Assembly: GCA_902563835.1 (NCBI GenBank)
Contig: CACEZB010000005.1
Location: forward strand, 4,931 to 68,930
From: an uncultured SAR86 cluster bacterium
Lineage (GTDB): Bacteria > Pseudomonadota > Gammaproteobacteria > Magnimaribacterales > D2472
Length of the DNA stretch: 64,000 nt
Direction: 5' to 3'
Shown here: piece by piece, positions 8,940-18,928 of the stretch
Position numbering within the stretch: the stretch's first letter is position 1
Layout of the letters: every line of letters begins with the position of its first letter
Position numbers and translations under genes: made by a program
The notes under the pieces: model-generated
The model's database searches: none
The model's input: only the letters and a program-made list of their open reading frames with translations
Told to the model about the DNA's origin: nothing

Positions 8940-10043
8940 ATGGGAAAGAAAAGATTTTTCGATGATAGGCTTAAATACCTTTCTTTTATTCAAAATACAG
9001 GTGAAAAAAAGGCTATTTCTTTAAAGCTTTATCCATATATTGCTAATATGTCAAAAAACAAATCTTATCTAAGAGTCCTTGATGCTGGAACTGGCGATGG
9101 AACTATAAAGTCTAATGTTATTAAGAGTTTCCATAAATACCATCCATATACCTCACTACTTATTACAGGAAAAGAAATAAGTTATGAAGATCTTAAAAAT
9201 ACTTTAGATAAGATGCCTGATAGATTTGTAGAACATCCTAATCTTCTTGTGACCATGACAAATGTTAAATTTTCAGAATTAGGCTTAATCGAAAACTCAA
9301 AAAAAATTAAAAATAGAAAAGTAAAAGAATTTAATCTAGTTCTAAACAGCAACAATTCATTCGATTTTAATGACCAAATTTCTGGCGTCTCTCTAGGAAA
9401 CTTTATTAAGAAAAATTGGGGAATAGAAATAGATAATAAAAGTAGAACCTCTTATTCAAACCCTTGTGTAATAAGAATTTACAGAAAAGATAATGAAAAG
9501 CATCTAAAACAATTTATTAATAGCGATTATGAAAATAATAATTATGATCTGATAATTGCATCTCAAGCATATAGAGCAGCTTCATCAGTTAAGGTTAAGG
9601 TCAATAATGTTATAGGTCCATTGATGCGTTTATTAAATAAATCTGGGCAACTTTTGGTAACTCATTCATGTGGTGGTGAATCAATTCAAAAAATCCTTAA
9701 GTTAGCATTTAAGGATAAAGAGGCCTTCCCTAATAATGCTAAAGATATTATCGAATATCTTAAAGATAATCCATTTGGTGAAAATAACAAATATAATTAT
9801 GGAAAACCCATAAACTATACTTTTAAGTTTAAAAAAGCTCCCGATCAAACTGTTACAGAATTATTTGGGCAGAATACTGATGCAAAATGGGCAAATATTC
9901 TTTATGTTGGGCAAATACCAGAAAAAGATATTCAAGTTTTAGAAAGTAACAATAGACTTCATAATCAGGTTAAAAAAGCTATTGATAATGCAGGTCAAAT
10001 TTCATTTAAAAATGAAATATTTAGTATAAAAAAAATAAGATAA
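8940..10043 (+). CDS. hypothetical protein with class I SAM-methyltransferase-like core
   Basis: 367 aa. Motif I-like VLDAGTGDGT is followed by LLITGKEIS, then YDLIIASQAY and LLNKSGQLLVTH. A long insert sits between the motifs. I recognise no specific family. Confidence 0.5.
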   Translation: MGKKRFFDDRLKYLSFIQNTGEKKAISLKLYPYIANMSKNKSYLRVLDAGTGDGTIKSNVIKSFHKYHPYTSLLITGKEISYEDLKNTLDKMPDRFVEHPNLLVTMTNVKFSELGLIENSKKIKNRKVKEFNLVLNSNNSFDFNDQISGVSLGNFIKKNWGIEIDNKSRTSYSNPCVIRIYRKDNEKHLKQFINSDYENNNYDLIIASQAYRAASSVKVKVNNVIGPLMRLLNKSGQLLVTHSCGGESIQKILKLAFKDKEAFPNNAKDIIEYLKDNPFGENNKYNYGKPINYTFKFKKAPDQTVTELFGQNTDAKWANILYVGQIPEKDIQVLESNNRLHNQVKKAIDNAGQISFKNEIFSIKKIR

Positions 10044-10453
10044 TGAAAATATTAGTAATGGGTCTTCCGGGAAGTGGAAAAACATATTTAGCAAAAAGAA
10101 TGCAGCCCCTTCTTAATGCAGCTTGGTATAACGCAGATATTGTAAGAGAAATGGCAAATGACTGGGATTTTTCACCAGAAGGCAGGATAAGACAAAGCTT
10201 AAGAATGAAAAATTTAGCAGACTTTGAAAAAAAACATGGAAGAATTGTCATTTGTGATTTTGTATGTCCAACAAAAGAAACAAAACAAAACTTTGATCCT
10301 GATATTACAATATGGATGAATACCATTGAATCTGGAAGATATGAAGATACTAATAAAATGTTTGAAGAGCCTTTAGAGGTGGATTTTAAAATAACTGAAA
10401 TGAATGATGAAAATCATAGAATAATTTCAGAGGAAATATTAAAAAATGTTTGA
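10043..10453 (+). CDS. small P-loop kinase, adenylyl-sulfate (APS) kinase-like
   Basis: 136 aa. Walker A is GLPGSGKTY. The segment NADIVREMANDWDFSPEGRIRQSLRMKNLA aligns by eye to the CysC block DGDxxRxxLxxDLGFSxxDRxENIRR. Its start overlaps the upstream stop (TAATG). Confidence 0.65.
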   Translation: MKILVMGLPGSGKTYLAKRMQPLLNAAWYNADIVREMANDWDFSPEGRIRQSLRMKNLADFEKKHGRIVICDFVCPTKETKQNFDPDITIWMNTIESGRYEDTNKMFEEPLEVDFKITEMNDENHRIISEEILKNV

Positions 10454-10835
10454 TCCAAAAAAACCAACCGTTCAAATGCTTGGTAGATGGCAACCATGGC
10501 ATCAAGGACATCAAGAGCTCTTTAAAAGATGTATAGAAAAAACTGGCCAAGTTATCATTCAAGTAAGAGATGTCGAAGGAGTATCTGGAGGAGAAGGACA
10601 AGATGATAATCCATTTTGCTGGGATTCAGTATGCAAAAGTATAGAAGAAAACCTCCTTGCTGATGACTATAAACGAGGAGTTGATTACGAAATAATGCTA
10701 GTACCAAACATAACAAATATTACTTATGGCAGAGGTGTCGGCTACGTATTCGAAGAAGAAACTTTTGATGAAGAAATCTCATCCATTAGCGCAACCAAAA
10801 TTAGAGCAGAGCTGAGAAAAAAAGGTGAGCTATAA
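10446..10835 (+). CDS. minimal HxGH nucleotidyltransferase (cytidylyl/adenylyltransferase superfamily)
   Basis: 129 aa. It has GRWQPWHQGH (HxGH motif) and a C-terminal ISATKIR (ISxTxxR motif). It overlaps the upstream gene by 8 nt. Confidence 0.65.
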   Translation: MFDPKKPTVQMLGRWQPWHQGHQELFKRCIEKTGQVIIQVRDVEGVSGGEGQDDNPFCWDSVCKSIEENLLADDYKRGVDYEIMLVPNITNITYGRGVGYVFEEETFDEEISSISATKIRAELRKKGEL

Positions 10836-10839
10836 AAAA

Positions 10840-12012
10840 TTATTCAACTTTAAAAGTTAGGCCCGCATTATCTTCTAATCTTTTAATAAGCTTAATTCCC
10901 AAAGAAGAAGCAGAAGTATAAATTCCTCCATCAAGATCATTAGCATCTTTTAATAAACAAACTACGCTTTCAGTTATCATCTTAGATGTTGAACCATAAC
11001 CAGGATCCATATCTCCTGTGACAGAGGCCTTAACAACTTTACCGTCTATATCGGCACAAAATAATACATCGTAGCCACCATTTTCTCTTTTTTCTCTAGA
11101 TGGTCCTTCTCCAGGTTTAGGCGCATCATCTCCTCCGATTGGGTTAGCGCTAGCAATCATATCAGCCACAGCCTTGCCTTCATCACCAGGACCGGATATC
11201 CACATCTCGTTATACATAAAATCTTCACCATAAACATGGTTCATTAACTTGTTCGAACGATGAATGTTTCTGGTATTTATTGGAGCCATAAAAAATGGGG
11301 CCACCCATGTTTCTAATTCTTCATCATATTTAGGCTTAGTATCATCTTCTTGTTGCGGTCCCTGAAAACCTTCGCATAATGCATAAGGATTAATAAGAAT
11401 ATTCAACAATTCTGGGTTTGATTTCAAAGCACCCATTGTTGCTTTCATAGACGCTGCTGTCCCACCAGAAAATTCTCCATTCATGACTCTTACCCTGCCT
11501 CTTACAGAAGGAGCATATTTATTAAACCTTTTCATAGTCTCTTCTTGTACAAATAAAACACCCAAATCAAAAGGGATGCTATCAAATCCACATGAGAAAA
11601 TTATTCTTGCACCGGATTCTTTTGCTTGGTTAGAACATTCAGATATTATTTTATGCATCCACCAAACTTCACCACATAAATCTAAATAATCAGTACCAGA
11701 AGCAATACATGTTTTAACAATTTTATCTCCATACAACTGGTATGGTCCGACTGTAGTTAAAACGCACTTGGTTTGGTCAACTAAATTATCTATTGAAGAC
11801 TGATCTTCACTATCAACTTCTATAATCCCAATCCCATCAGAAAGATTCATTTCTGTTTTAAGATTATTTAATTTATCAATATTTCTACCCGCAATTGCCC
11901 ATGATATATCATCAGTATTTGAATATTGTTTTAGGGCATATTCCACGACGAGTCTGCCAGTAAATCCTGTAGCCCCGTATATAACAAAATCAAAATTCTT
12001 TAAATCATTCAT
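10840..12012 (-). CDS. saccharopine dehydrogenase-like NAD(P)-binding oxidoreductase
   Basis: 390 aa. There is an N-terminal Rossmann motif (VIYGATGFTGRLV). Overall the protein resembles the saccharopine dehydrogenase / trans-acting enoyl reductase family. Confidence 0.75.
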   Translation of the reverse strand: MNDLKNFDFVIYGATGFTGRLVVEYALKQYSNTDDISWAIAGRNIDKLNNLKTEMNLSDGIGIIEVDSEDQSSIDNLVDQTKCVLTTVGPYQLYGDKIVKTCIASGTDYLDLCGEVWWMHKIISECSNQAKESGARIIFSCGFDSIPFDLGVLFVQEETMKRFNKYAPSVRGRVRVMNGEFSGGTAASMKATMGALKSNPELLNILINPYALCEGFQGPQQEDDTKPKYDEELETWVAPFFMAPINTRNIHRSNKLMNHVYGEDFMYNEMWISGPGDEGKAVADMIASANPIGGDDAPKPGEGPSREKRENGGYDVLFCADIDGKVVKASVTGDMDPGYGSTSKMITESVVCLLKDANDLDGGIYTSASSLGIKLIKRLEDNAGLTFKVE

Positions 12013-12070
12013 TTTTTTAAACCTTTTATTTATTTAAGTATGGGTGGTGATTATAATATAAAAAAACTAT

Positions 12071-13894
12071 ATGATTAATAAGCAAATGTTTGAAAAAATA
12101 TATGAATTTTTTAGAGTTATAGGAGAGTTAAGATATATCATTCCTCTTCTTAAATATCAGTGGCCTGCTCCAGATGATAATGCATCGCTTGCACATACTT
12201 TTGAAGATACTGTTAAAGAGTTCGGTGATAAAAATTTTATTTACTTTGAGGATGAAGAGTGGACTTATTCTCAAACCAATGAAGCAGCAAATATACTTGC
12301 AAATAAATTATTAAAAGAAGGTGTCTCCCATAGTGATCGTGTGGTCTTGTTTATGGAAAATAGACCTGATTACATTATTAGCATCCTAGCACTTAATAAA
12401 ATTGGTGCTATTGGTGTGCTTATCAATACAAGTTTGACTGGAAGTCCTTTAATCCACTGTATAAATTCATCTGACTCTAAAAAATGCATTGTTGGCGCCG
12501 AATTAACTCCATCTTTAGAGGGGGTATTAAATGAAATTAATATTAAAGAAAAATCTGATATCTATTGGGTAAAAGATAGTGATAATGGGATATGTCCGGA
12601 ATGGGCTATCAATCTTGAAACTTTATTAGATAAATCCCAAAAAGATAATTTACATGAAACTAACAATGTAACAGCTAAAGATACTGCTTTTTATATTTTT
12701 ACATCAGGAACAACTGGCGTCCCCAAGGCAGCACTATTTCCTAATACAAAAATTGTTGCTGCATCAGCAAATATCACTAAAGCTGGTTATCGAATGACAG
12801 ATAAAGATTGTCTTTATAATTGTTTACCGCTATACCATTCAACTGGTCTAATGCTTGGGTTGTGTGCGTGTGTCCATGTTGGAGCTTCAACATTTATAAG
12901 GCGTAAATTCTCTGCCTCAGCCTTTTGGAAAGAAGCAAATAAATATAATACAACTGCATTTGTATATGTAGGAGAGCTGTGTAGGTATTTAAGTTTTCAA
13001 GACCCTTGTGATGAAGAAAAAAATAACCCAATTTCAAAAATGGTTGGCAATGGTTTAAGACCCGACCTTTGGGATTGCTTTAGAAATAGATTTAAAGTGG
13101 ATAGGATTTGTGAAATATATGGAGCTAGTGAAGGCAATGGTATGTTTATGAATTTACTTAATAAAGACCAAACAATAGGTATGACAAATGTTGATCTAGC
13201 ATTATTAGAATATGATGTAGCTGAAGATAAATTAAAAAAAGATGAGAATGGTAAATATATTGAAGTAAAAGAACATCAACCTGGGTTAGCATTGGTAAAA
13301 ATTGGACCAAATGCAGTCTATAACGGATATACAGATAAAAAAGCCAGTGAAGAAAAAGTAATTAAAAATGTCTTTGAAGAAGGAGATCGCTGGTTTAATA
13401 CTGGGGACCTTATTAAAACAATGGATGTTGGCTTTGCAATAGGGAGAAAACATTATCAATTTGTTGATAGGGTTGGTGATACATTCAGATGGAAATCCGA
13501 AAATGTATCTACAAATGAGGTAGCTGAAATATTAAATACTTTTGATCAAGTTAATATGGCCAATGTTTTTGGAGTAAAAGTTCCGAAAAGTGAAGGTAGG
13601 GCCGGTATGGTTGCTTTTAATTGCGCACTTGAAGAATTTAAATGGGACAACTTCTCAAATTTTGTATCTGAAAAACTACCTAGTTATGCTCAACCAGTTT
13701 TTGTAAGAATAATTGAAGAACTTGAGACAACTGGAACGTTTAAGTTAAAAAAGAATGATTTAAGAGAGGAAGCCTATCATTTAGACAAAGTTCAAGGAGA
13801 TAAGATATTTATCAAGAAACCTGGTGGTAGTGCTTATGAAATATTAGATGAGGACTATTATCAAGTAATTAAAAACGGTGAAGCAGGCTTTTAA
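12071..13894 (+). CDS. long-chain acyl-CoA synthetase / fatty-acid transport protein (FATP) type AMP-binding enzyme
   Basis: 607 aa. AMP-binding motifs are present: YIFTSGTTGVPKAA, YGASEG, TGD, and FRWKSENVST (FATP-type). Confidence 0.85.
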   Translation: MINKQMFEKIYEFFRVIGELRYIIPLLKYQWPAPDDNASLAHTFEDTVKEFGDKNFIYFEDEEWTYSQTNEAANILANKLLKEGVSHSDRVVLFMENRPDYIISILALNKIGAIGVLINTSLTGSPLIHCINSSDSKKCIVGAELTPSLEGVLNEINIKEKSDIYWVKDSDNGICPEWAINLETLLDKSQKDNLHETNNVTAKDTAFYIFTSGTTGVPKAALFPNTKIVAASANITKAGYRMTDKDCLYNCLPLYHSTGLMLGLCACVHVGASTFIRRKFSASAFWKEANKYNTTAFVYVGELCRYLSFQDPCDEEKNNPISKMVGNGLRPDLWDCFRNRFKVDRICEIYGASEGNGMFMNLLNKDQTIGMTNVDLALLEYDVAEDKLKKDENGKYIEVKEHQPGLALVKIGPNAVYNGYTDKKASEEKVIKNVFEEGDRWFNTGDLIKTMDVGFAIGRKHYQFVDRVGDTFRWKSENVSTNEVAEILNTFDQVNMANVFGVKVPKSEGRAGMVAFNCALEEFKWDNFSNFVSEKLPSYAQPVFVRIIEELETTGTFKLKKNDLREEAYHLDKVQGDKIFIKKPGGSAYEILDEDYYQVIKNGEAGF

Positions 13895-13900
13895 ATAAAA

Positions 13901-14422
13901 TTATTTAATTTTACTATCTATTAATACTGCTATTAATAATGCTGGCTCATTCCCATTATTTACCCAAGCATGATTAGTTCCTCTTTGCACAACAACATCA
14001 AAAGGCTTTAACTTAACCTCTTCTTCATCCAGCAACAAAGTTACATCGCCTTCTAATAGAATAATATAGTCAATGGTATTAGTTTTATGCATTGCTGGAT
14101 GTCTAGTAGTATCAACTCTATGATGAGCTGCCCCTATCTTTTCAAAAGCATCTGCGGCTATTTCTTGCATCATATCATCAGGAACTCCTTTAGGAATTGG
14201 GTTAATCTGAAAATATCTAAATTTTGTTCCTCCTTTGGGCGGCGAAAGAATAATATCTTGATTTGCCCTATCCTCTTTATCAGTAGAATTTATTTCTCCG
14301 CCATCAGTATTCCATAATTCATAAAGCCCTCCGACATCTTCTCCTATAGAGCATGCTGGCGGCCCGTCTAATGTAATAATTGATTTTCCGTTTTCATTGT
14401 GACCAGTTATTATTCTTCTCAT
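13901..14422 (-). CDS. cupin domain protein
   Basis: 173 aa. It has a cupin-like C-terminal barrel (HRVDTTRHPAMHKTNTIDYIILLEGDVTLLLD...GTNHAW). Confidence 0.6.
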   Translation of the reverse strand: MRRIITGHNENGKSIITLDGPPACSIGEDVGGLYELWNTDGGEINSTDKEDRANQDIILSPPKGGTKFRYFQINPIPKGVPDDMMQEIAADAFEKIGAAHHRVDTTRHPAMHKTNTIDYIILLEGDVTLLLDEEEVKLKPFDVVVQRGTNHAWVNNGNEPALLIAVLIDSKIK

Positions 14423-14423
14423 A

Positions 14424-15434
14424 CTAACTCCTTATTTTTTCTAATTTAATATTAATATTATTTTTTCTATCGCTGTTATTTAGTTCATTCCAATCTATAT
14501 TTGTACTCTTTTTCATTTTTGATAGTCTTTCAGAAGGATCAATACCAAGTTCATCAAAAAGATTTATTACGCCATCGATTTCTTTTCTATTATTACAAAC
14601 TAAAACCATATCGCATCCTGCTTGAATTGATTTCCTAGCCTTCTCAGAGCACGGCTCTCCCCCAGCACCTAACATAGTCAAATCATCGCTAAAAATTAAT
14701 CCATCATAATTGATTTTGTTTCTTAGAATTTCTTTCACCCAATGCTTTGAGAAACTTGGTATGTCTTTATCTACATTGGGAAATAAAATATGCGCACACA
14801 TTATTGCATCAAGCTTATTTGCCAACTTAATATATGGCGTCATATCAAAACTCATTAAATCATCTAATTGTCTAATATCCTCTGGTAATTCTTTATGACT
14901 GTCTTCAACAACCCCTCCATGGCCAGGAAAATGCTTTCCTGTAGAACTCATTCCTGCCTCGTGCATACCATCGATATAGTCTGAAGCCATAGAAATTACT
15001 TCATCAGGGCTATTTGAGAATGCTCTATTACCTATTATGCTGCTCGTACTCTCATCAATATCTAAAACCGGAGAAAAATTTATATCTATTCCTGTTGCGA
15101 TTAATTCGCTAGATGTAAGCCATCCTATGTCTTTGCAAATAGTAGAATCATTATGTTCTTTTGCAAATCTTCCAATTTCTTGCATAGATGGGATGTTAGT
15201 AAATTCATTATTAAATCTTTGGACCCTACCTCCCTCCTGGTCGACAGCTATAAGAATATTTTCTTTTATTTCTTTAACTTCTTTTACAAGATTTGATATC
15301 TGTTGAAAAGATTCAAAATTTTTAGAAAAAAATATTAATCCTCCTACATGTTTATTTGATATCAATTTTTTATCTTCGATAGATAAACTTCTACCATCGA
15401 TATCTAACATTAATCTGCCATACGTACTTTTCAT
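14424..15434 (-). CDS. nagZ: beta-N-acetylhexosaminidase (peptidoglycan recycling)
   Basis: 336 aa. GH3 NagZ motifs are present: VDQEGGRVQRF, KHFPGHG, and FSDDL. Confidence 0.85.
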   Translation of the reverse strand: MKSTYGRLMLDIDGRSLSIEDKKLISNKHVGGLIFFSKNFESFQQISNLVKEVKEIKENILIAVDQEGGRVQRFNNEFTNIPSMQEIGRFAKEHNDSTICKDIGWLTSSELIATGIDINFSPVLDIDESTSSIIGNRAFSNSPDEVISMASDYIDGMHEAGMSSTGKHFPGHGGVVEDSHKELPEDIRQLDDLMSFDMTPYIKLANKLDAIMCAHILFPNVDKDIPSFSKHWVKEILRNKINYDGLIFSDDLTMLGAGGEPCSEKARKSIQAGCDMVLVCNNRKEIDGVINLFDELGIDPSERLSKMKKSTNIDWNELNNSDRKNNINIKLEKIRS

Positions 15435-15509
15435 ACTTAAATCATATCAAAGAAAAATGTTTCAGGTTAAGCTTATATATTATTTGAATAGAAATATAAA
15501 ATAAAAAAT

Positions 15510-16265
15510 ATGCACTTAAAAGCATTGATAACAGGAGCTTCATCTGGAATTGGATTTGCATATGCAAAATACCTTTCTAATCATAGATGGGATTTGAGCT
15601 TAATATCAAACAACGAAGAAAGATCTAAACAAGCTAAAATAAATTTAGCATATGAAAATGCAAAATTTTATACTGCTGATTTAAGTAAACCCGATTCAAT
15701 AAAATCAATAGTAAATTCTCAAAGAACGCCTGATTTAATCGTAGCTAATGCAGGTATTGCAGTTAATGGTCCTATCGGTGAATTAAGTACTGATGAGAAA
15801 AATCATGCATATTATCTTATGTGTGGGGGTGTAATAGACCTAATAGAAGGCTTCCTTCCCTCAATGATAGAAAGGGGAAATGGAAGAATAGTTATAATCT
15901 CTAGCATTGGTGCAATAACTGCAATGCCAAAATCATCAATATACTCAAGTATTAAATCTGGGGTGTATGCGTATGGAAAATCAATATCTGCTGAACTTAA
16001 AGATAGTGGCATATCAGTTACTGTAAGTTTGCCTGGATATGTCCGAACCTCTGCACATAAAAGAGCAGGATTAGATCATCTAGAAAAAAAAGTTCCTAAT
16101 TGGATGTGGGTTAAACCAGAACAGGTTGTAAAAGAAACTGAAAAAGCTTCTCTTAATAAAAAAACAGAGGTTGTGCCTGGAAAAGTTTATAAAATTACTA
16201 GGCCCTTTTTAAGATTTAACACAGCAATAGATATTTGGAAATCAATAACTAAAAGAAATCAATAA
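15510..16265 (+). CDS. short-chain dehydrogenase/reductase (SDR)
   Basis: 251 aa. Motifs: TGASSGIG, NAG, and YSSIK (YxxxK catalytic motif). Confidence 0.85.
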   Translation: MHLKALITGASSGIGFAYAKYLSNHRWDLSLISNNEERSKQAKINLAYENAKFYTADLSKPDSIKSIVNSQRTPDLIVANAGIAVNGPIGELSTDEKNHAYYLMCGGVIDLIEGFLPSMIERGNGRIVIISSIGAITAMPKSSIYSSIKSGVYAYGKSISAELKDSGISVTVSLPGYVRTSAHKRAGLDHLEKKVPNWMWVKPEQVVKETEKASLNKKTEVVPGKVYKITRPFLRFNTAIDIWKSITKRNQ

Positions 16266-16801
16266 TCAATTATTGTTTTTATAGCAAAGCCTTTTTCTTT
16301 GATTAGCTTGCTACCGCCAAGGTCTGGTAAATCAATGATACTTAAAATCAAAATATCTGAATTTTTAACATTAAAATTTTCTGTAAATAATTCTGCGCAT
16401 GCTATCGCCGTTCCTCCGGTTGCAACCAAATCGTCAACGATAACAACTTTTTGGTTATTTCCTATAACCGTATTTTTTTGTATTTCTATTGATGTGCTTC
16501 CGTATTCAAGATTAAAACTCTTTTTATAAGTTTCATTTGGAAGTTTTCCTGGCTTTCTAGCTAAAACAAAAGGTAAACTTAAATCTCTTGCTATAGTTCC
16601 GGCAAAAATAAAACCTCTACTCTCAATACTTGCGACAATTTCAGCACCAAAATCTTGAGCAATTTTCGTTAATTCATCACATGTTTTTGCAAATGCTTCA
16701 GGGGTCTCAATTAGGCTAGTGATATCTCGAAAAGAAATTCCATCAATAGGAAAATTATCAACTGTTCTAATAAATCTTTTAAGGTTTAAAGGGTCGTTCA
16801 T
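16259..16801 (-). CDS. apt: adenine phosphoribosyltransferase
   Basis: 180 aa. It has the PRPP-binding motif VVIVDDLVATGGT and typical Apt length. It overlaps the convergent SDR gene by 7 nt. Confidence 0.9.
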   Translation of the reverse strand: MNDPLNLKRFIRTVDNFPIDGISFRDITSLIETPEAFAKTCDELTKIAQDFGAEIVASIESRGFIFAGTIARDLSLPFVLARKPGKLPNETYKKSFNLEYGSTSIEIQKNTVIGNNQKVVIVDDLVATGGTAIACAELFTENFNVKNSDILILSIIDLPDLGGSKLIKEKGFAIKTIIDY

Positions 16802-16802
16802 T

Positions 16803-17609
16803 TTAAATATCCTCCCAATTTGGTTTTCGTTTTTCTAGGAATGCATTAATACCTTCTTTTGCATTTTCATTTAATGTATTTTCTGTCATTACCCTTGAAG
16901 TATACTCATAGGCATCAAATAAGTTTAGCTCAGACTGTTTGTAGAATGCTTCCTTTCCAATTGAAACTACCGAAGCTGATTTTTTAGAAATTTTTTCTGC
17001 TAAATCCATTACTGATTTTGTCAGCTCTTCTTTTGGAACAAAGTCATTAATGAGTGAAATTCTTTTTGCTTCATCGGCATTTATCATGTCACCAGTTAAA
17101 AGCATCTTCATAGAGTCTTTTTTACTAACGCTCCTTGATAGAGCAACCATTGGAGTTGAACAAAATAGTCCAATATTAACACCGGGTGTAGCAAATTTTG
17201 CAGAATTTGAAGAAACAGCTAAATCACAGGAAGCTACTAACTGACAGCCAGCTGCTGTTGCAATTCCATTTACTTCTGCGATAACTGGTTTAGTACAATT
17301 AACAATCAATTGCATTAAAGAGGAGCAAGTCTTAAATAATTCTAAGTAATGAGATTTACCGCAATCGTCAGCTTTTCTAGCTTCATTAATTTCTTTTAAG
17401 TTATGTCCTGAGCAAAACACGTTTCCAGTTGAGGCAATTACAATAACTTTTACTGATTTATCTTTAGATGCTTTCGATATTGCATTTATAAGTTTTTGCA
17501 TCATCAATTCAGACAAAGCATTCTGATTATCCAAATCATTTAAGGTAAGACGAAGAATGCCAATATCATTATGATCTATTAAAAGGATGTTTTCTGAGCT
17601 GTCTTTCAT
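16803..17609 (-). CDS. enoyl-CoA hydratase/isomerase family protein
   Basis: 268 aa. Motifs: VIVIASTGNVFCSGHNL and the C-terminal KEGINAFLEKRKPNW. Confidence 0.9.
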   Translation of the reverse strand: MKDSSENILLIDHNDIGILRLTLNDLDNQNALSELMMQKLINAISKASKDKSVKVIVIASTGNVFCSGHNLKEINEARKADDCGKSHYLELFKTCSSLMQLIVNCTKPVIAEVNGIATAAGCQLVASCDLAVSSNSAKFATPGVNIGLFCSTPMVALSRSVSKKDSMKMLLTGDMINADEAKRISLINDFVPKEELTKSVMDLAEKISKKSASVVSIGKEAFYKQSELNLFDAYEYTSRVMTENTLNENAKEGINAFLEKRKPNWEDI

Positions 17610-17646
17610 AATTTAATTAAATGTCATATATATTCAATAGTCCAAT

Positions 17647-18051
17647 TTAATTCTCAAGAATTTTCTTAGGGCATTCATTCATAACAAAGATAATACCTGC
17701 ATTTTTTGCTAAATCTGAAGATTTTTCATCAACTATTCCTTCTTGAGTCCAGATTACCTGGACTCCTATTGCTATTGCATCTTGTGTAATTTCCATTACA
17801 AATTCTTGTGCGCGAAATATATCTACCATATCAATTTTCTTTTTAATCTCTTTAATATTTGAGTAACAATCTACATCTAAAATTTTATTATTAGCCTGAT
17901 TAGGGTTTATTGGAAAAATCTCATAACCTTTATCAATTAGAAATTTCATTACTTTATAACTGTCCCTCTCAGGATTTGAGCTTGCGCCTACTAAGGCAAT
18001 TGTTTTTATATTTTTAAGTAAGTTCTTAAGGGATTCTTTTGTACTATTCAC
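17647..18051 (-). CDS. CoA-binding domain protein (YccU-like)
   Basis: 134 aa. Motifs: IALVGASSNPERDSY and PINP. Confidence 0.75.
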   Translation of the reverse strand: MNSTKESLKNLLKNIKTIALVGASSNPERDSYKVMKFLIDKGYEIFPINPNQANNKILDVDCYSNIKEIKKKIDMVDIFRAQEFVMEITQDAIAIGVQVIWTQEGIVDEKSSDLAKNAGIIFVMNECPKKILEN

Positions 18052-18052
18052 T

Positions 18053-18907
18053 TTAAGCTTTATAACTTATACATGTCCAATATGGAGTTTTATTCGAAAA
18101 TGTTATTTTATGAAAGCCAGAATTTTTAAGCATATTTGTAATATCTTTTTTGCTAAATCTTTGTTCAAGTTTGGTTCCAAATCTATCAAGAGCATCATTA
18201 TTCATTATATAAAAAGATTTATTTCTATAATCTGAAAGGGGCAAATTCTCAACGTTTATTCCGAAAATTTCTAATAACCTTGAAAATCTTGCAAGAGGAT
18301 AATAAATTATAATTGCTATTATGCTGCATATAATTTTTTTAATGCTTGGTGGAAGTTTAGATATCACATTTAATCTAAGGAGATCTGTCAATTTCCATAT
18401 TAGTTTAAATAAAGCAGGCTTATCTTCAAAGTCATAATATAAATATAGCAAAAATGGTGCGCCCTTTTTTAACTTTCTTGCACAATCTTTAATTGCTTTT
18501 TGTGTATCCGGGATATGGTGAAGAACTCCTAAACTATATCCAAAATCTTGCGACTCATTCTCTAAAGAACATTCATCAACAGTTTCCTTATAAAAAAATG
18601 CATTTTCATATTTTTTTAAGTTGCTTTCTGCCACATATATTGCACTACTTGGATCAATGCAATTTAATCTCCCTACTTTTGGTATTACAAACTGCGCCCA
18701 TCTACCAGAACCACATCCCATATCAAAGCCTTCAGAATCCTCGGAAATATTTTCCCATGGGAAAATATTAAAATATTGATCCCATGTTTCTCTTAAGACA
18801 TTTAGGTCATATGAATCAAACTGAAATTCTTCCCACTCTGTTCCAAAATCATTTACAACATCCCAATCTACATTTTCTTTCTTTGAATCACTTACTTTTT
18901 TGTTCAT
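18053..18907 (-). CDS. class I SAM-dependent methyltransferase
   Basis: 284 aa. Motif I is FDMGCGSGRW, followed by a hydrophobic C-terminal half. Confidence 0.75.
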   Translation of the reverse strand: MNKKVSDSKKENVDWDVVNDFGTEWEEFQFDSYDLNVLRETWDQYFNIFPWENISEDSEGFDMGCGSGRWAQFVIPKVGRLNCIDPSSAIYVAESNLKKYENAFFYKETVDECSLENESQDFGYSLGVLHHIPDTQKAIKDCARKLKKGAPFLLYLYYDFEDKPALFKLIWKLTDLLRLNVISKLPPSIKKIICSIIAIIIYYPLARFSRLLEIFGINVENLPLSDYRNKSFYIMNNDALDRFGTKLEQRFSKKDITNMLKNSGFHKITFSNKTPYWTCISYKA

Positions 18908-18928
18908 TTAATTTTTTCCAGTGGTATT

